A stretch of DNA of 64,000 nt, from assembly GCA_947458265.1 (NCBI GenBank), contig CANGYF010000008.1:36993-100992 (forward strand), given 5' to 3'. The notes under the pieces were generated by a model. The model was not told where the DNA came from, made no database searches, and worked only from the letters and a program-made list of their open reading frames with translations. A program made the translations under genes and the position numbers. This DNA is from Betaproteobacteria bacterium (GTDB lineage Bacteria > Pseudomonadota > Gammaproteobacteria > Burkholderiales > CAIKXV01). This document shows positions 11,393 through 23,100 of the stretch, one piece after another (positions within the stretch are counted from its first letter, which is position 1; each line of letters starts with the position of its first letter).

Positions 11393-12409
11393 ATGGCCTC
11401 CGATCTCCCGCCCCCCGCCGCGCAATCGACCATCGTGCGTTGCCTGCAGGCAGCGCTGTTCTGTTCGACCCTGGCTGCCGTGCCGGCCACCGCACTGGCA
11501 CAGGCCGCGTTCCCGACCAAGCCGGTGCGATTCGTCGCAACCTTCCCGCCCGGCGGCGGTGCAGACCTCACTGGCCGCATCCTCGGCGCGCGCCTGGGAG
11601 AGCTCTGGAAGCAGCCGGTGGTGATCGAGAACCGCACCGGCGCCGGCGGCAGCGTCGGTGCCGAGCTGGTCTCGCGCGCCAATGCTGACGGCTACACGCT
11701 GCTGCTGGTGGCCGCCTCGCATGCCGTCAACGCAGCCCTGCTGCCCAAGCTGTCATTCGACCTGGTGAAGGATTTCAAGCCGGTCGCGCTGGCCACCGCT
11801 GCGCCGATCCTGCTTGCCGTGAACCCCCGGGTGAAGGCGAATACGCTGCAGGAGTTCACCGGGCTGCTGCGGGCCCAGCCGGACAAGCTCGATTACGCGA
11901 GCTGCGGCATGGCCACCACGCACCACTTCACGATGGAGCTCTACAAGTTCGAGACGAAGACCTCGGCACTGCACATCCCGCACAGCTGCGCGATCGCAGT
12001 CGCCAACGCGGTCGGCGGCCAGCTCGACGTGATCGCGGTCACGCTGGCCAGCGCGCTGCCGTTCGTGCAGCAGGGCAAGCTGCGTGCGCTGGCGCTGAGC
12101 AGCCAGGACCGCTCGCCGCTCGCCCCCGACATCCCGACCTTCCGTGACTCGGGCATGCCGGAGCTGAAGAACTTCGCGGTCGAGAACTACTATGGCCTGC
12201 TCGCACCAGGCGCGACGCCTGATGCCGTAGTGAAGAAGGTCGAGGCCGACGTGCGCGCGGTGCTGCAGGACCCCGACCTGCGCAAGAAGCTTGCCGGCGC
12301 AGGCCTCGACCCCTTCTTCCGCACCGGTGCCGACACCGCGAAGCTGCTGCGCGCCGATGTCGAGCGCTACCGGCGCATCGCCGGCGTGGCCGGCATCAAG
12401 CAGGAGTAG
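11393..12409 (+). CDS. Bug-family (TctC-like) substrate-binding protein, paralog 2
   Basis: 338-aa ORF with a signal peptide ending ATALAQA. It is collinear with and highly similar to paralog 1 along its full length, with long identical blocks such as GLLRAQPDKLDYASCGM and SPLAPDIPTFRDSGMPELK. Confidence 0.85.
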   Translation: MASDLPPPAAQSTIVRCLQAALFCSTLAAVPATALAQAAFPTKPVRFVATFPPGGGADLTGRILGARLGELWKQPVVIENRTGAGGSVGAELVSRANADGYTLLLVAASHAVNAALLPKLSFDLVKDFKPVALATAAPILLAVNPRVKANTLQEFTGLLRAQPDKLDYASCGMATTHHFTMELYKFETKTSALHIPHSCAIAVANAVGGQLDVIAVTLASALPFVQQGKLRALALSSQDRSPLAPDIPTFRDSGMPELKNFAVENYYGLLAPGATPDAVVKKVEADVRAVLQDPDLRKKLAGAGLDPFFRTGADTAKLLRADVERYRRIAGVAGIKQE

Positions 12410-12421
12410 GCGCGACACGGC

Positions 12422-13309
12422 ATGAAGGCTCCACCGTTCCGCTACCACGCACCGCGCACGCTCGACGAGGCACTGTCGCTGCTGGCTTCGCTCCCCGGCC
12501 CGCGCCTGCTGGCCGGCGGCCAGTCGCTGATGCCGATGCTCAACTTCCGGCTGCTGGCGCCGGAACACGTGGTCGACCTGAACCGGGTAGAAGGTCTGTC
12601 CGGCATCCGCGAGGCCGGCGGCGAGATCGTGTTCGGCGCGATGACGCGCCAGCGCGAGATCGAGTTCTCGCCACTGGTCGAGGCGCGCCTGCCGCTGCTG
12701 GCGGAGGCCATCCAGTGGGTCGGACACCGGCAGACGCGCAACCGCGGCACCCTCGGCGGCAGCCTGTGCCACCTCGATCCGTCGGCCGAGCAGCCGACGG
12801 TGGCGATGGCGATGGACGCGACGCTGGCGATCGTCGGACCGGCTGGTCGGCGCGAACTGCCGATGCGCGACTTCGCGCTCGACCTGATGACCCCGGCGCT
12901 CGACGAGGGCGAGATCCTCGCCGAAGTGCGTATCCGCCCGTGGGCACCCGGCCACGGCTGGGCCTTCCTCGAATTCGCCCGGCGCCACGGGGATTATGCG
13001 ATCGTGGCGGTGGCCGTGCTGCTCGAACTGGACGCCTCGGCACGCGCCAGCCGGGTTTCGATCACCCTCGGCGGCGTCGCCGCCACACCGGTGCGCGTAC
13101 CCGAGGCCGAGGCAAGGCTGCTCGGCAGCCTGATCGACGCCGAGGCCATCGCCGACGCCGCCGCCTGCTGCGGGGCAGTCGATGCGCTTGGCGACCCGCA
13201 GGTGCCGGCCTGGTACCGGCAGCGCCTGGCGCGGACACTGGCAGGCCGTGCGATACCGGCCGCACTGGCGCGCACCGCCGCGCATGCAGCCGCTGGAGGA
13301 ACACCATGA
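12422..13309 (+). CDS. xanthine dehydrogenase family, FAD-binding medium subunit (CoxM-like)
   Basis: 295-aa ORF containing LLAGGQSLMPMLNFRL and NRGTLGGSLCHLDP, typical of the FAD-binding subunit of molybdenum hydroxylases. Confidence 0.85.
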   Translation: MKAPPFRYHAPRTLDEALSLLASLPGPRLLAGGQSLMPMLNFRLLAPEHVVDLNRVEGLSGIREAGGEIVFGAMTRQREIEFSPLVEARLPLLAEAIQWVGHRQTRNRGTLGGSLCHLDPSAEQPTVAMAMDATLAIVGPAGRRELPMRDFALDLMTPALDEGEILAEVRIRPWAPGHGWAFLEFARRHGDYAIVAVAVLLELDASARASRVSITLGGVAATPVRVPEAEARLLGSLIDAEAIADAAACCGAVDALGDPQVPAWYRQRLARTLAGRAIPAALARTAAHAAAGGTP

Positions 13310-13809
13310 GCAGCGACGAGCCGGTGCGCGCAATCAGCGTCACGGTCAACGGCACGGTCCATCGCCGGGAGGTTGCCGAGCGCAAGAACCTTGCCGATTT
13401 CCTGCGCCAGGACCTGCAACTCACCGGCACCCATGTCGGCTGCGAACACGGCGTCTGCGGCGCATGCACGGTGCTGGTCGACGGCGTATCCGCGCGCGGC
13501 TGCCTGATGCTCGCGGTGCAGGCGGACGGCTGCTCGGTCGAGACGGTCGAATCCCTGGCCGGCGACGCGCCAGGTCCATCCGGGCTCGGCCCGCTGCAGC
13601 AGGCGTTCCGCGACCGCCATGCACTGCAGTGCGGCTTCTGCACGCCCGGCATCCTGATGTCGCTGACCGAACTGCTGCGCGACGACCCGGCGCCAGACGA
13701 GCATGCCGTGCGGCTCGTCCTGTCGGGCCACCTGTGCCGCTGCACCGGCTACCAGAACATCGTCGCCGCGGCGCTGCAGGCAGCATCGAAGGCCGGCGGA
13801 GGCAGCTGA
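13306..13809 (+). CDS. (2Fe-2S)-binding small subunit of a molybdenum hydroxylase (CoxS-like)
   Basis: The ATG at 13306 overlaps the preceding stop (ATGA). The 167-aa product has the two cysteine clusters GCEHGVCGACTV and CGFCTPG...CRCTGY. Confidence 0.9.
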   Translation: MSSDEPVRAISVTVNGTVHRREVAERKNLADFLRQDLQLTGTHVGCEHGVCGACTVLVDGVSARGCLMLAVQADGCSVETVESLAGDAPGPSGLGPLQQAFRDRHALQCGFCTPGILMSLTELLRDDPAPDEHAVRLVLSGHLCRCTGYQNIVAAALQAASKAGGGS

Positions 13810-13812
13810 ACC

Positions 13813-16212
<2,400 letters not shown>

Positions 16213-16263
16213 GGGCTCCCGGCGCGGTGCAGGGCCGCCCCTGCCCGGCCACCGTGCCAGAGG

Positions 16264-16284
16264 CGCCAGGCGTCACGCCTGGCG
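16264..16284. terminator. GC-rich stem-loop between convergent genes (terminator candidate, no U-tract)
   Basis: CGCCAGGCG-TCA-CGCCTGGCG forms a perfect 9-bp stem. A second hairpin, GCAGGG-CCGC-CCCTGC, lies at 16229-16244. Confidence 0.35.
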
Positions 16285-16311
16285 GGACACGGCCCCGACG
16301 ATCGAACGGCC

Positions 16312-17088
16312 CTAGGCAGCCCCGGCAATCAGGCGCCAGCTGCTCTGCAGCGCGAGCCCGATCGCGATCGCCCACAGGAAGACCTTCAGCAGCTTCTTGT
16401 AGGTCTTCGCGTCGATCCGGTCCTGGATGCGCCAGCCCACCCACATCGTCAGCAGCGCCAGCGCAGTCAACGGCAGGGAGACCAGGATCGCTGCGCGGTC
16501 GATCTGCCCGGCCAGCGCCAGGCCGGTAGTCTGCACCATGCGGGCGCTGACGAAGCAGAGGTTCATCACCTGGGTCATCACCAGCATGGGCAGGCCGAGC
16601 GCCGAGAAGTAGATGAGCAGGGGCGGCAGCGCGACGTTCACCGATCCGGACAGGAATCCGCCGAGGAAACCGGCAACCGCGCCCGCGCGTCGCGGGTGGT
16701 TGCGAACCGCCGACCAGTCGACCCGGTTCAGGGCCTCCTGCCTGAGGTAGACGAACAACGCGATCGCCAGGAACAGTTTCAGCCAGTCCTGCGGGGCGAA
16801 GATCAGTATCTTGGTGCCGATCAGCGCCCCGGGCAGCGTCCAGAGCGCCACCGGCCAATGGGTCCCCAGGTTGCTTCGCCAGTTGCCCCCGCGCAGGATC
16901 GCCACCACGCCGGTGACGATGTTGGGCACCACCGTGACGATGATCGCGGTACGGATATCCATCAGCATCGCCAGCATCGGCGTGGCGATCACCGGGAAGC
17001 CGAAGCCGATCGCACCCTGCAGCAGGCCGGCGAGCGCGACCACCACGAACACCGCAGCCCACAGCTGAAGCGACAGTTCGACGCTCAC
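16312..17088 (-). CDS. sulfite exporter TauE/SafE family membrane protein
   Basis: GTG at codon 55 of track ORF 16312-17250 gives a 258-aa polytopic protein. It contains LLQGAIGFGFPVIATPML and a repeated internal half, as in the TauE/SafE family. The start is uncertain. Confidence 0.7.
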   Translation of the reverse strand: MSVELSLQLWAAVFVVVALAGLLQGAIGFGFPVIATPMLAMLMDIRTAIIVTVVPNIVTGVVAILRGGNWRSNLGTHWPVALWTLPGALIGTKILIFAPQDWLKLFLAIALFVYLRQEALNRVDWSAVRNHPRRAGAVAGFLGGFLSGSVNVALPPLLIYFSALGLPMLVMTQVMNLCFVSARMVQTTGLALAGQIDRAAILVSLPLTALALLTMWVGWRIQDRIDAKTYKKLLKVFLWAIAIGLALQSSWRLIAGAA

Positions 17089-17152
17089 CGCGGGCCACCC
17101 CTGCCCCAGGATGCCTTCGCCCGGCCGACCGTGGCCAGGCGTTGCGACGCCT

Positions 17153-18676
17153 TCAAGCCGTGCCGCCGACCGTGAGCCCGTCGATGCGCAGCGTCGGCTG
17201 GCCCACGCCCACAGGGACGCTCTGCCCTTCCTTGCCGCACGAACCGACACCGGAGTCGAGCTTCATGTCGTTGCCGATCATCGTGACCCGGGTCAGCGCA
17301 TCCGGACCGTTGCCGATCAGGGTCGCTCCCTTGACCGGATGCACCAGCTTGCCGTCTTCGACCAGCCACGCCTCGGAGGCCGAGAACACGAACTTGCCGC
17401 TGACGATGTCGACCTGTCCGCCGCCGAAATTGACCGCATACAGGCCGCGCTTGACCGAGCGGATGATCTCCTCGGGATCCTTGTCGCCGTTGAGCATGTA
17501 GGTGTTGGTCATGCGCGGCATCGGCAGGTGCGCGAACGACTCGCGCCGGCCGTTGCCGGTGACCGGCATGTTCATCAGTCGTGCGTTCAGCGAATCCTGG
17601 ATGTAGCCCTGCAGCACGCCGTTCTCGATCAGAACGGTGCGCTGCGTCGGGTTGCCCTCGTCGTCGACGTTGAGCGAACCGCGCCGCTCGGGCAGGGTGC
17701 CGTCGTCCACCACCGTCACGCCCGGCGCTGCGACACGCTCGCCGATGCGTCCGGTGAAGGCGGAGGTGCCCTTGCGGTTGAAGTCGCCTTCGAGCCCGTG
17801 GCCGATCGCCTCGTGCAGCAGCACGCCCGGCCATCCCGGCCCGAGCACGACGGTCATCGACCCGGCCGGGGCCGGGCGCGCATCGAGGTTCAGCAGTGCG
17901 GTGTCGACCGCCTCCTTCGCGTAGCGGCCGATCACCTCGTCGGTGAAGTAGGCGTAGTCGAAGCGCCCGCCACCGCCGGAACTGCCCTGCTCGCGGCGTC
18001 CATCCTGTTCCACGATCACCTGCACAGACATCCGCACGAGGGGCCGCACGTCGGCGCTCTGCAGGCCGTCATGGCGCGCGATCATCACGACCTCGTACTG
18101 CCCGGCCAGCGACGCCATCACCTGGATCACGCGTGGATCCTGCGCGCGGGCTGCCCGCTCGATGCGCTCGAGCAGGTCGACCTTGCGCGCCTCGTCCAGG
18201 CTGAGCAGCGGGTCCTGGGGTGCGTACAGTTCGCGCGCCGCGCCGGTGCGCACCAGCGGTGCCGTGCCCTGCTGACCGGCGCGTGCGATCGCGCGCGTGG
18301 CGGTCGCCGCCGCCTCGAGCGCAGGCAGGCTGATGTCGTCCGAATAGGCGAAGGCGGTCTTCTCGCCGGTGACGGCACGCACGCCGACGCCCTGCTCGAT
18401 GGAAAAGCTGCCCGACTTCACCATCCCTTCCTCGAGGCTCCAGCCCTCGGAGCGGGTGTACTGGAAGTAGAGGTCCGCGTAGTCGACCTGGTGGCTGAGG
18501 ATGTTGCCGAACACCTTGCCCAGCACGCCGGCGTCGAGCGCATGCGGCGCCAGCAGGCACTGGTCGGCGGTGTTCAGCAACCGGTCGGCCAGCCCGCGCG
18601 GTGCAGGGGTGGCCGTGGCGATGTCCGCCGCAGTGGACGAGGTCGGCGCGGCAGTTGCCGGATGGGTCGGGTTCAT
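17153..18676 (-). CDS. tldD: metalloprotease TldD
   Basis: ATG at codon 178 of track ORF 17153-19207. The 507-aa product has the [11 protein letters not shown] zinc motif and a conserved C-terminal GxC...G block. Confidence 0.9.
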   Translation of the reverse strand: MNPTHPATAAPTSSTAADIATATPAPRGLADRLLNTADQCLLAPHALDAGVLGKVFGNILSHQVDYADLYFQYTRSEGWSLEEGMVKSGSFSIEQGVGVRAVTGEKTAFAYSDDISLPALEAAATATRAIARAGQQGTAPLVRTGAARELYAPQDPLLSLDEARKVDLLERIERAARAQDPRVIQVMASLAGQYEVVMIARHDGLQSADVRPLVRMSVQVIVEQDGRREQGSSGGGGRFDYAYFTDEVIGRYAKEAVDTALLNLDARPAPAGSMTVVLGPGWPGVLLHEAIGHGLEGDFNRKGTSAFTGRIGERVAAPGVTVVDDGTLPERRGSLNVDDEGNPTQRTVLIENGVLQGYIQDSLNARLMNMPVTGNGRRESFAHLPMPRMTNTYMLNGDKDPEEIIRSVKRGLYAVNFGGGQVDIVSGKFVFSASEAWLVEDGKLVHPVKGATLIGNGPDALTRVTMIGNDMKLDSGVGSCGKEGQSVPVGVGQPTLRIDGLTVGGTA

Positions 18677-18684
18677 CGGTTCCT

Positions 18685-19569
18685 TCAGATGGAATGCAGG
18701 GTACGGTGGGTCAGTGCAGGCAGCATGCTGCGCGCTTCGCGCAGGCCGGCCGGGTCGATGTCGGCCAGCACCACGCCGGGCTGCTTCGCGCGCTGCGCGA
18801 GGATGCGTCCCCAGGGGTCGACCACCATCGAGTGGCCATGGGTCTCGCGGCCGTTCGGATGCACGCCGCCCTGCGCCGGCGCCACGACATAGGCCAGGTT
18901 CTCGATGGCACGGGCGCGCAGCAGCGGCTCCCAGTGCGCGGCCCCGGTGGTCTCGGTGAAGGCCGAGGGCACGAAGATCAGGTCCACGTCGCCGAACGCA
19001 CGGTACAGTTCCGGGAAGCGCAGGTCGTAGCAGATCGACAGGCCGATGCGGCCGAACGGCGAATCCAGTGTCACGACGCGCGAGCCGTGCGCGATCGTCC
19101 GCTCCTCGGAATACTTCTCGCGGCCGTTGTCGAAGCCGAACAGGTGGATCTTGTCGTAGCGTGCGACCGCGTTGCCCTGGTCGTCGTAGACGAGGCTCGC
19201 GTTCCACACCTTGTCCGGATCGTCGCAGGCGAGCGGCACCGAGCCTCCGATCAGCCAGACCTTGTGCCGCCGCGCAGTATCGGCGAGGAACTGCTGGATC
19301 GGTCCCTCCCCCGGGTGTTCGCGCGCGGCCACCTTGTCACGGTCGCGCATGCCGATGATGCCGAAGTACTCGGGCAGGCCGACCAGCCTCGCACCCGCGT
19401 CGGCAGCCTCGGCAACCAGCGCGGCACAATCGGCGAGGTTCTGCGCGACGTCCGGACCGGACACGGTCTGCACGGCCGCGACCCGGAAGGGCTCCGCCGG
19501 CGACCGACGTGCCGACGCTTCGCTGCTGGCCGGTGGATGTGGCGGGGGTTCGATCTGCATCGACAGCAT
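18685..19569 (-). CDS. carbon-nitrogen hydrolase family protein (nitrilase superfamily)
   Basis: 294-aa ORF with Glu-Lys-Cys triad contexts GLPEYF, YDKIHLF and [12 protein letters not shown]. Confidence 0.85.
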   Translation of the reverse strand: MLSMQIEPPPHPPASSEASARRSPAEPFRVAAVQTVSGPDVAQNLADCAALVAEAADAGARLVGLPEYFGIIGMRDRDKVAAREHPGEGPIQQFLADTARRHKVWLIGGSVPLACDDPDKVWNASLVYDDQGNAVARYDKIHLFGFDNGREKYSEERTIAHGSRVVTLDSPFGRIGLSICYDLRFPELYRAFGDVDLIFVPSAFTETTGAAHWEPLLRARAIENLAYVVAPAQGGVHPNGRETHGHSMVVDPWGRILAQRAKQPGVVLADIDPAGLREARSMLPALTHRTLHSI

Positions 19570-19588
19570 GACTGGCCTTCCGTTACGT

Positions 19589-20158
19589 TCAGCGCGCGAG
19601 TTCGAGCACCATCGCGCCTCGCGGCAGGCCCTCGATGGATGCGGCCACTGCGGGCGCTATCGCGATCCGCTCCGGCTCGACGGCCAGCGCGATCAGCCAG
19701 TGGCGCAGCTCCTCCGCACGAAGCCCCTCATTCTGCCCGCGACCGTGTCGAATGACCAGTGACGCCCGGGGTGTCCCGGCCAGTGCCGACACGGCTGCCC
19801 GCACGGCGGGCAGCAGACGGATCGCATCGGCGCTGCGCGGCCGGTCCCAGACCTCATCGGCGAGGGTCCATGCCGTCGGCTCGGGGACGGGAACCGCTGC
19901 CGGCGCCTGGGCGCCCGCCGCCTGGGTCGGTGGCAATGCCGGACGCTGCACGGCGGCCGGCACTGCCGGTATGACCGACGGCGCCACCGGTACAGCGGGT
20001 GCCGATGGCGGGGCCACCGACGGCCGAACCGGCGTGGCCGGACCTGTTCGGGCAGCCGGCGGCGACGGCTGGGCCTGGACGGTCGCGGCGGCGACGCACA
20101 GCGCCAGCATGCTGGCCAGTCGGGACGCCGTGAACAGGGGATCGAGGGTGCTCGGCAT
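19589..20158 (-). CDS. hypothetical secreted protein with a Pro/Ala-rich central region
   Basis: 189-aa ORF with a signal-peptide-like N-terminus (SMLALCVAAATVQAQ) and a roughly 70-aa P/A/V-rich tract. It is packed 7 nt downstream of yhdP and 19 nt upstream of the C-N hydrolase gene. I recognise no family. Confidence 0.5.
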   Translation of the reverse strand: MPSTLDPLFTASRLASMLALCVAAATVQAQPSPPAARTGPATPVRPSVAPPSAPAVPVAPSVIPAVPAAVQRPALPPTQAAGAQAPAAVPVPEPTAWTLADEVWDRPRSADAIRLLPAVRAAVSALAGTPRASLVIRHGRGQNEGLRAEELRHWLIALAVEPERIAIAPAVAASIEGLPRGAMVLELAR

Positions 20159-20165
20159 CGTCGGC

Positions 20166-23100
20166 TCAGCCCGGTGAAGGTGCGCCAGCCGCGGGGCTAC
20201 CGCCGCCTGGCACTGCGCCCGGCACGGGTCCCGGCACAGGTCCTGGCACGGAGCCCGGTACGCTGCCCGGGCCAGTACCGGCGTCCGGCCGCGCGGCCCG
20301 ATTCACCGTCGGCTCGGCCCAGGTGCCGGTCACGGCATAGTCGAAGGTGGCCAGCTGGGCGAGCGGATCCTTCAGCACCCGCTGCACCAGGAAGCTCGCA
20401 ATGCCTGCCACCGGCCCTCCGAGCAGCGCGCCGGCCAGCGCCACGCTGTCGCCGAGCACGGGTGTCACCCGCACATGCAGGTTCTGCGTCTCCTTTGCGA
20501 GGTTGACCTCGCCGCTCATCAGCACGCGCGCCGACGGTCCCTGGATGCGGAAGCTGTCGATGCGCCCCACCCCTCGGGTGATGCGCATCGAGCCGGCGAT
20601 CTCGTCGAAGGAGAAACCCTCGCTGAACACGTCTCGGAAATCGAGCGCGATGCGGCGAGGCAGGCTCTGCAGGTTGAACACGCCGAGCAGGCGCCCGACA
20701 CCCGGCTCCAGGGTGAGGAACTGCCCCTTGGACACCTCGAGCATCAGCGTGCCGCCCAGTGTCGCCAGGTCGAGGTCCTGCGGGCTGCCGGCCCAGGACA
20801 GCGGCCCCTCGATGTGGCCGGCTCCGCCGCGTACACCATCGGGGTGACCCAGGCGCGCGAGCAGCCTGCCGCTGTCGACGATGTCCAGCCGCACGTTGAC
20901 CTGTGTGCGCGGCTGGGCCATCCAGCTCTGCCACAGCCCCTCCATCTGGAAGGTCGCATCCGGGTTCGCGATGCGCAGGCGCTCGATGCGCCAATCGCGC
21001 CCCTCCGGCTGCGCCTGCAGCTCGAGCCGTCCGAGCGCCTTGTCGGCGAGCAGGAAACTGTCCACCGTGACATCGAGTGCCGGCAGCTCGGCATCGTCGA
21101 ACTTCGCCTGCTGCAGCACGGCCTGGGTCACCTGCGCTGGCGGCAGGTTGACCTGCCGGAGACGGGCCGTTAACCGCCCGCGCCCCTGCGCACGCCAGGC
21201 CAGTTCACCCGATACCTCCCTGGAGGCGATGCTTCCAGTCCAGCCGCCGGGCTGCGCCGCCGTCTTCAGCTGCACATCGTTGAAGCGGCGGCCGATCGCC
21301 TCCAACTGGCCGATGCGCAGGTCGACGTCGCCCAGGTCGGGACTGCTGCCTGCACCACCCACGCCCGACGTCAGCGCGCCCAGGATCGGCCGCCAGGTGT
21401 CCAGGCTGGCCTGCCGCAGCGTGCCGCTGACCGATATGCCGCGCCGCTCCGGCACTGGCGCTGCCCCGCCACCGACCACCACCGTCGCCCGCTCGATCGT
21501 CGCGCTGCCGGCATCGAGCCTGCGCAGGACCTGCGCGGACAGCACATTGCCGAGGCTGATGCCGATACGGTCACGCTCGACGCCGCTGACCTGCTCGATG
21601 CGAAGCGGCAGTGTGTCTGCCGCCACCTTCGCGAACGGCGGCGGCAGGTCCACGGACAACCCGGCCAGCGAGGACTCGACCACCAGGTCGCCGACCTTGC
21701 GACGGTAATTGACGATGGCACGCCAGTCGGTCGAGCCGCGCAGCGATTGGCCGAGTGCTGCCGGCACCTGGCGGCGCAGCTGCTCCGCCGTGGCGCGGCC
21801 GGCGACGCCGACCCGGACCGAACCGTCGCGCTGCGAGGCGACGTTGATGCTGGCCGGACCACCGAACACCTGCGCCGTCGCACCGTCCACGCGGATGCCG
21901 GATTCGGTGAAGTCGAGCCGTCCATTGACCGCCTCGAGCGCCGGGACGTCGCGGTCGAGCAGCAGCCGGTTGCCGGTGAAATGGAAGCTGCCTGCGACCG
22001 TGCTGTCGACCATGTGCCGCAGCGGCAGGACCATCTTCAGCGACAGCCTGCCACGGCCCTGCGCTTCCATGGCGCGGGTCGCGCCGTCGAGCAGCCCGTC
22101 GACCGGGCTCTGCACGATGAAGCGCAGGAAATCCGCAGTCGCCGACTCGGCCTCGCCGGTCACCTCCAGTATCTCATCACTGTGCACGATGTCGGGGACC
22201 ACCGCCCTCACCCGCTGCAGCCTCACGCCGGAGAGGGTGCCGCCCTTCGGCAGGATCTCCATGCGGTGGCCGCGGAACACCAGGTCACCATCGATCCCGG
22301 TGATCTTCGGCCAGCCGGGCGCGTAGTCGAGGTCGACGCCCTGCGCCTTCACGGTCAACAGGAACTGCCCGTTGCGCTCCCGCCCGGGTTCGCTGAAAGG
22401 AAACTCCTCCAGGTTTCCCTTCAGGCGCAGGCGTACATCGGTCGAACGTCCGGCGAGCAGCGCGCGACCGAGCCAGGTGCGCGTGTCCACGCCCACCCGC
22501 AGCGGCATGTAGCGCGCGACGGCGGTCGCCTGCGCCCGGCTCAGCGTCCCGGTCAGATCGGCGAAGCCGAGCTTCGACGCGCCGGGGCGGTACTCGCCAG
22601 ACAGCGTCCCGGCGAGGTCGGCATTGGAGAAGGAAACGCCCGCGGACTGGATCACGAGCTTCGGCCCCTGCCCGCTCCAGTTAGCCTGGCCACGGAACGC
22701 ATCGAACGCCAGTTCGTTCGCCAGCACCGCTGGCAGCGTGAGGCGCAGGTCGCGCGAGTCCAGGCGCAGCACGCCGGCCCGCTCGTTACCGTCGATCGAC
22801 CCCGACACGCCCTGCAAGCCCGGCCACCGTCCCCAGTGCTCGACGCCGAGCCCGTCGAAGCGAGCCTTGACCTGCCAGCCGGTCGGCGCCTGCATCGGAC
22901 CTTCCCAGGCGATCGACACGTCCGACAGACGGCCGCGGGGCGCCAGGGCGACGAGCGACTCGCGCGCCTGGGCATCGATCGGCAGCCGGCCGGCGAGCGC
23001 GACCCACGGCGCGATCTCGAGCGAGGTGGCAGTCAGTTCGCTGCGTGCAGTGCGTCCCCCGATCACGCCGGGCAGGATGCCGCCCGCGGGAGGCGCTGCA

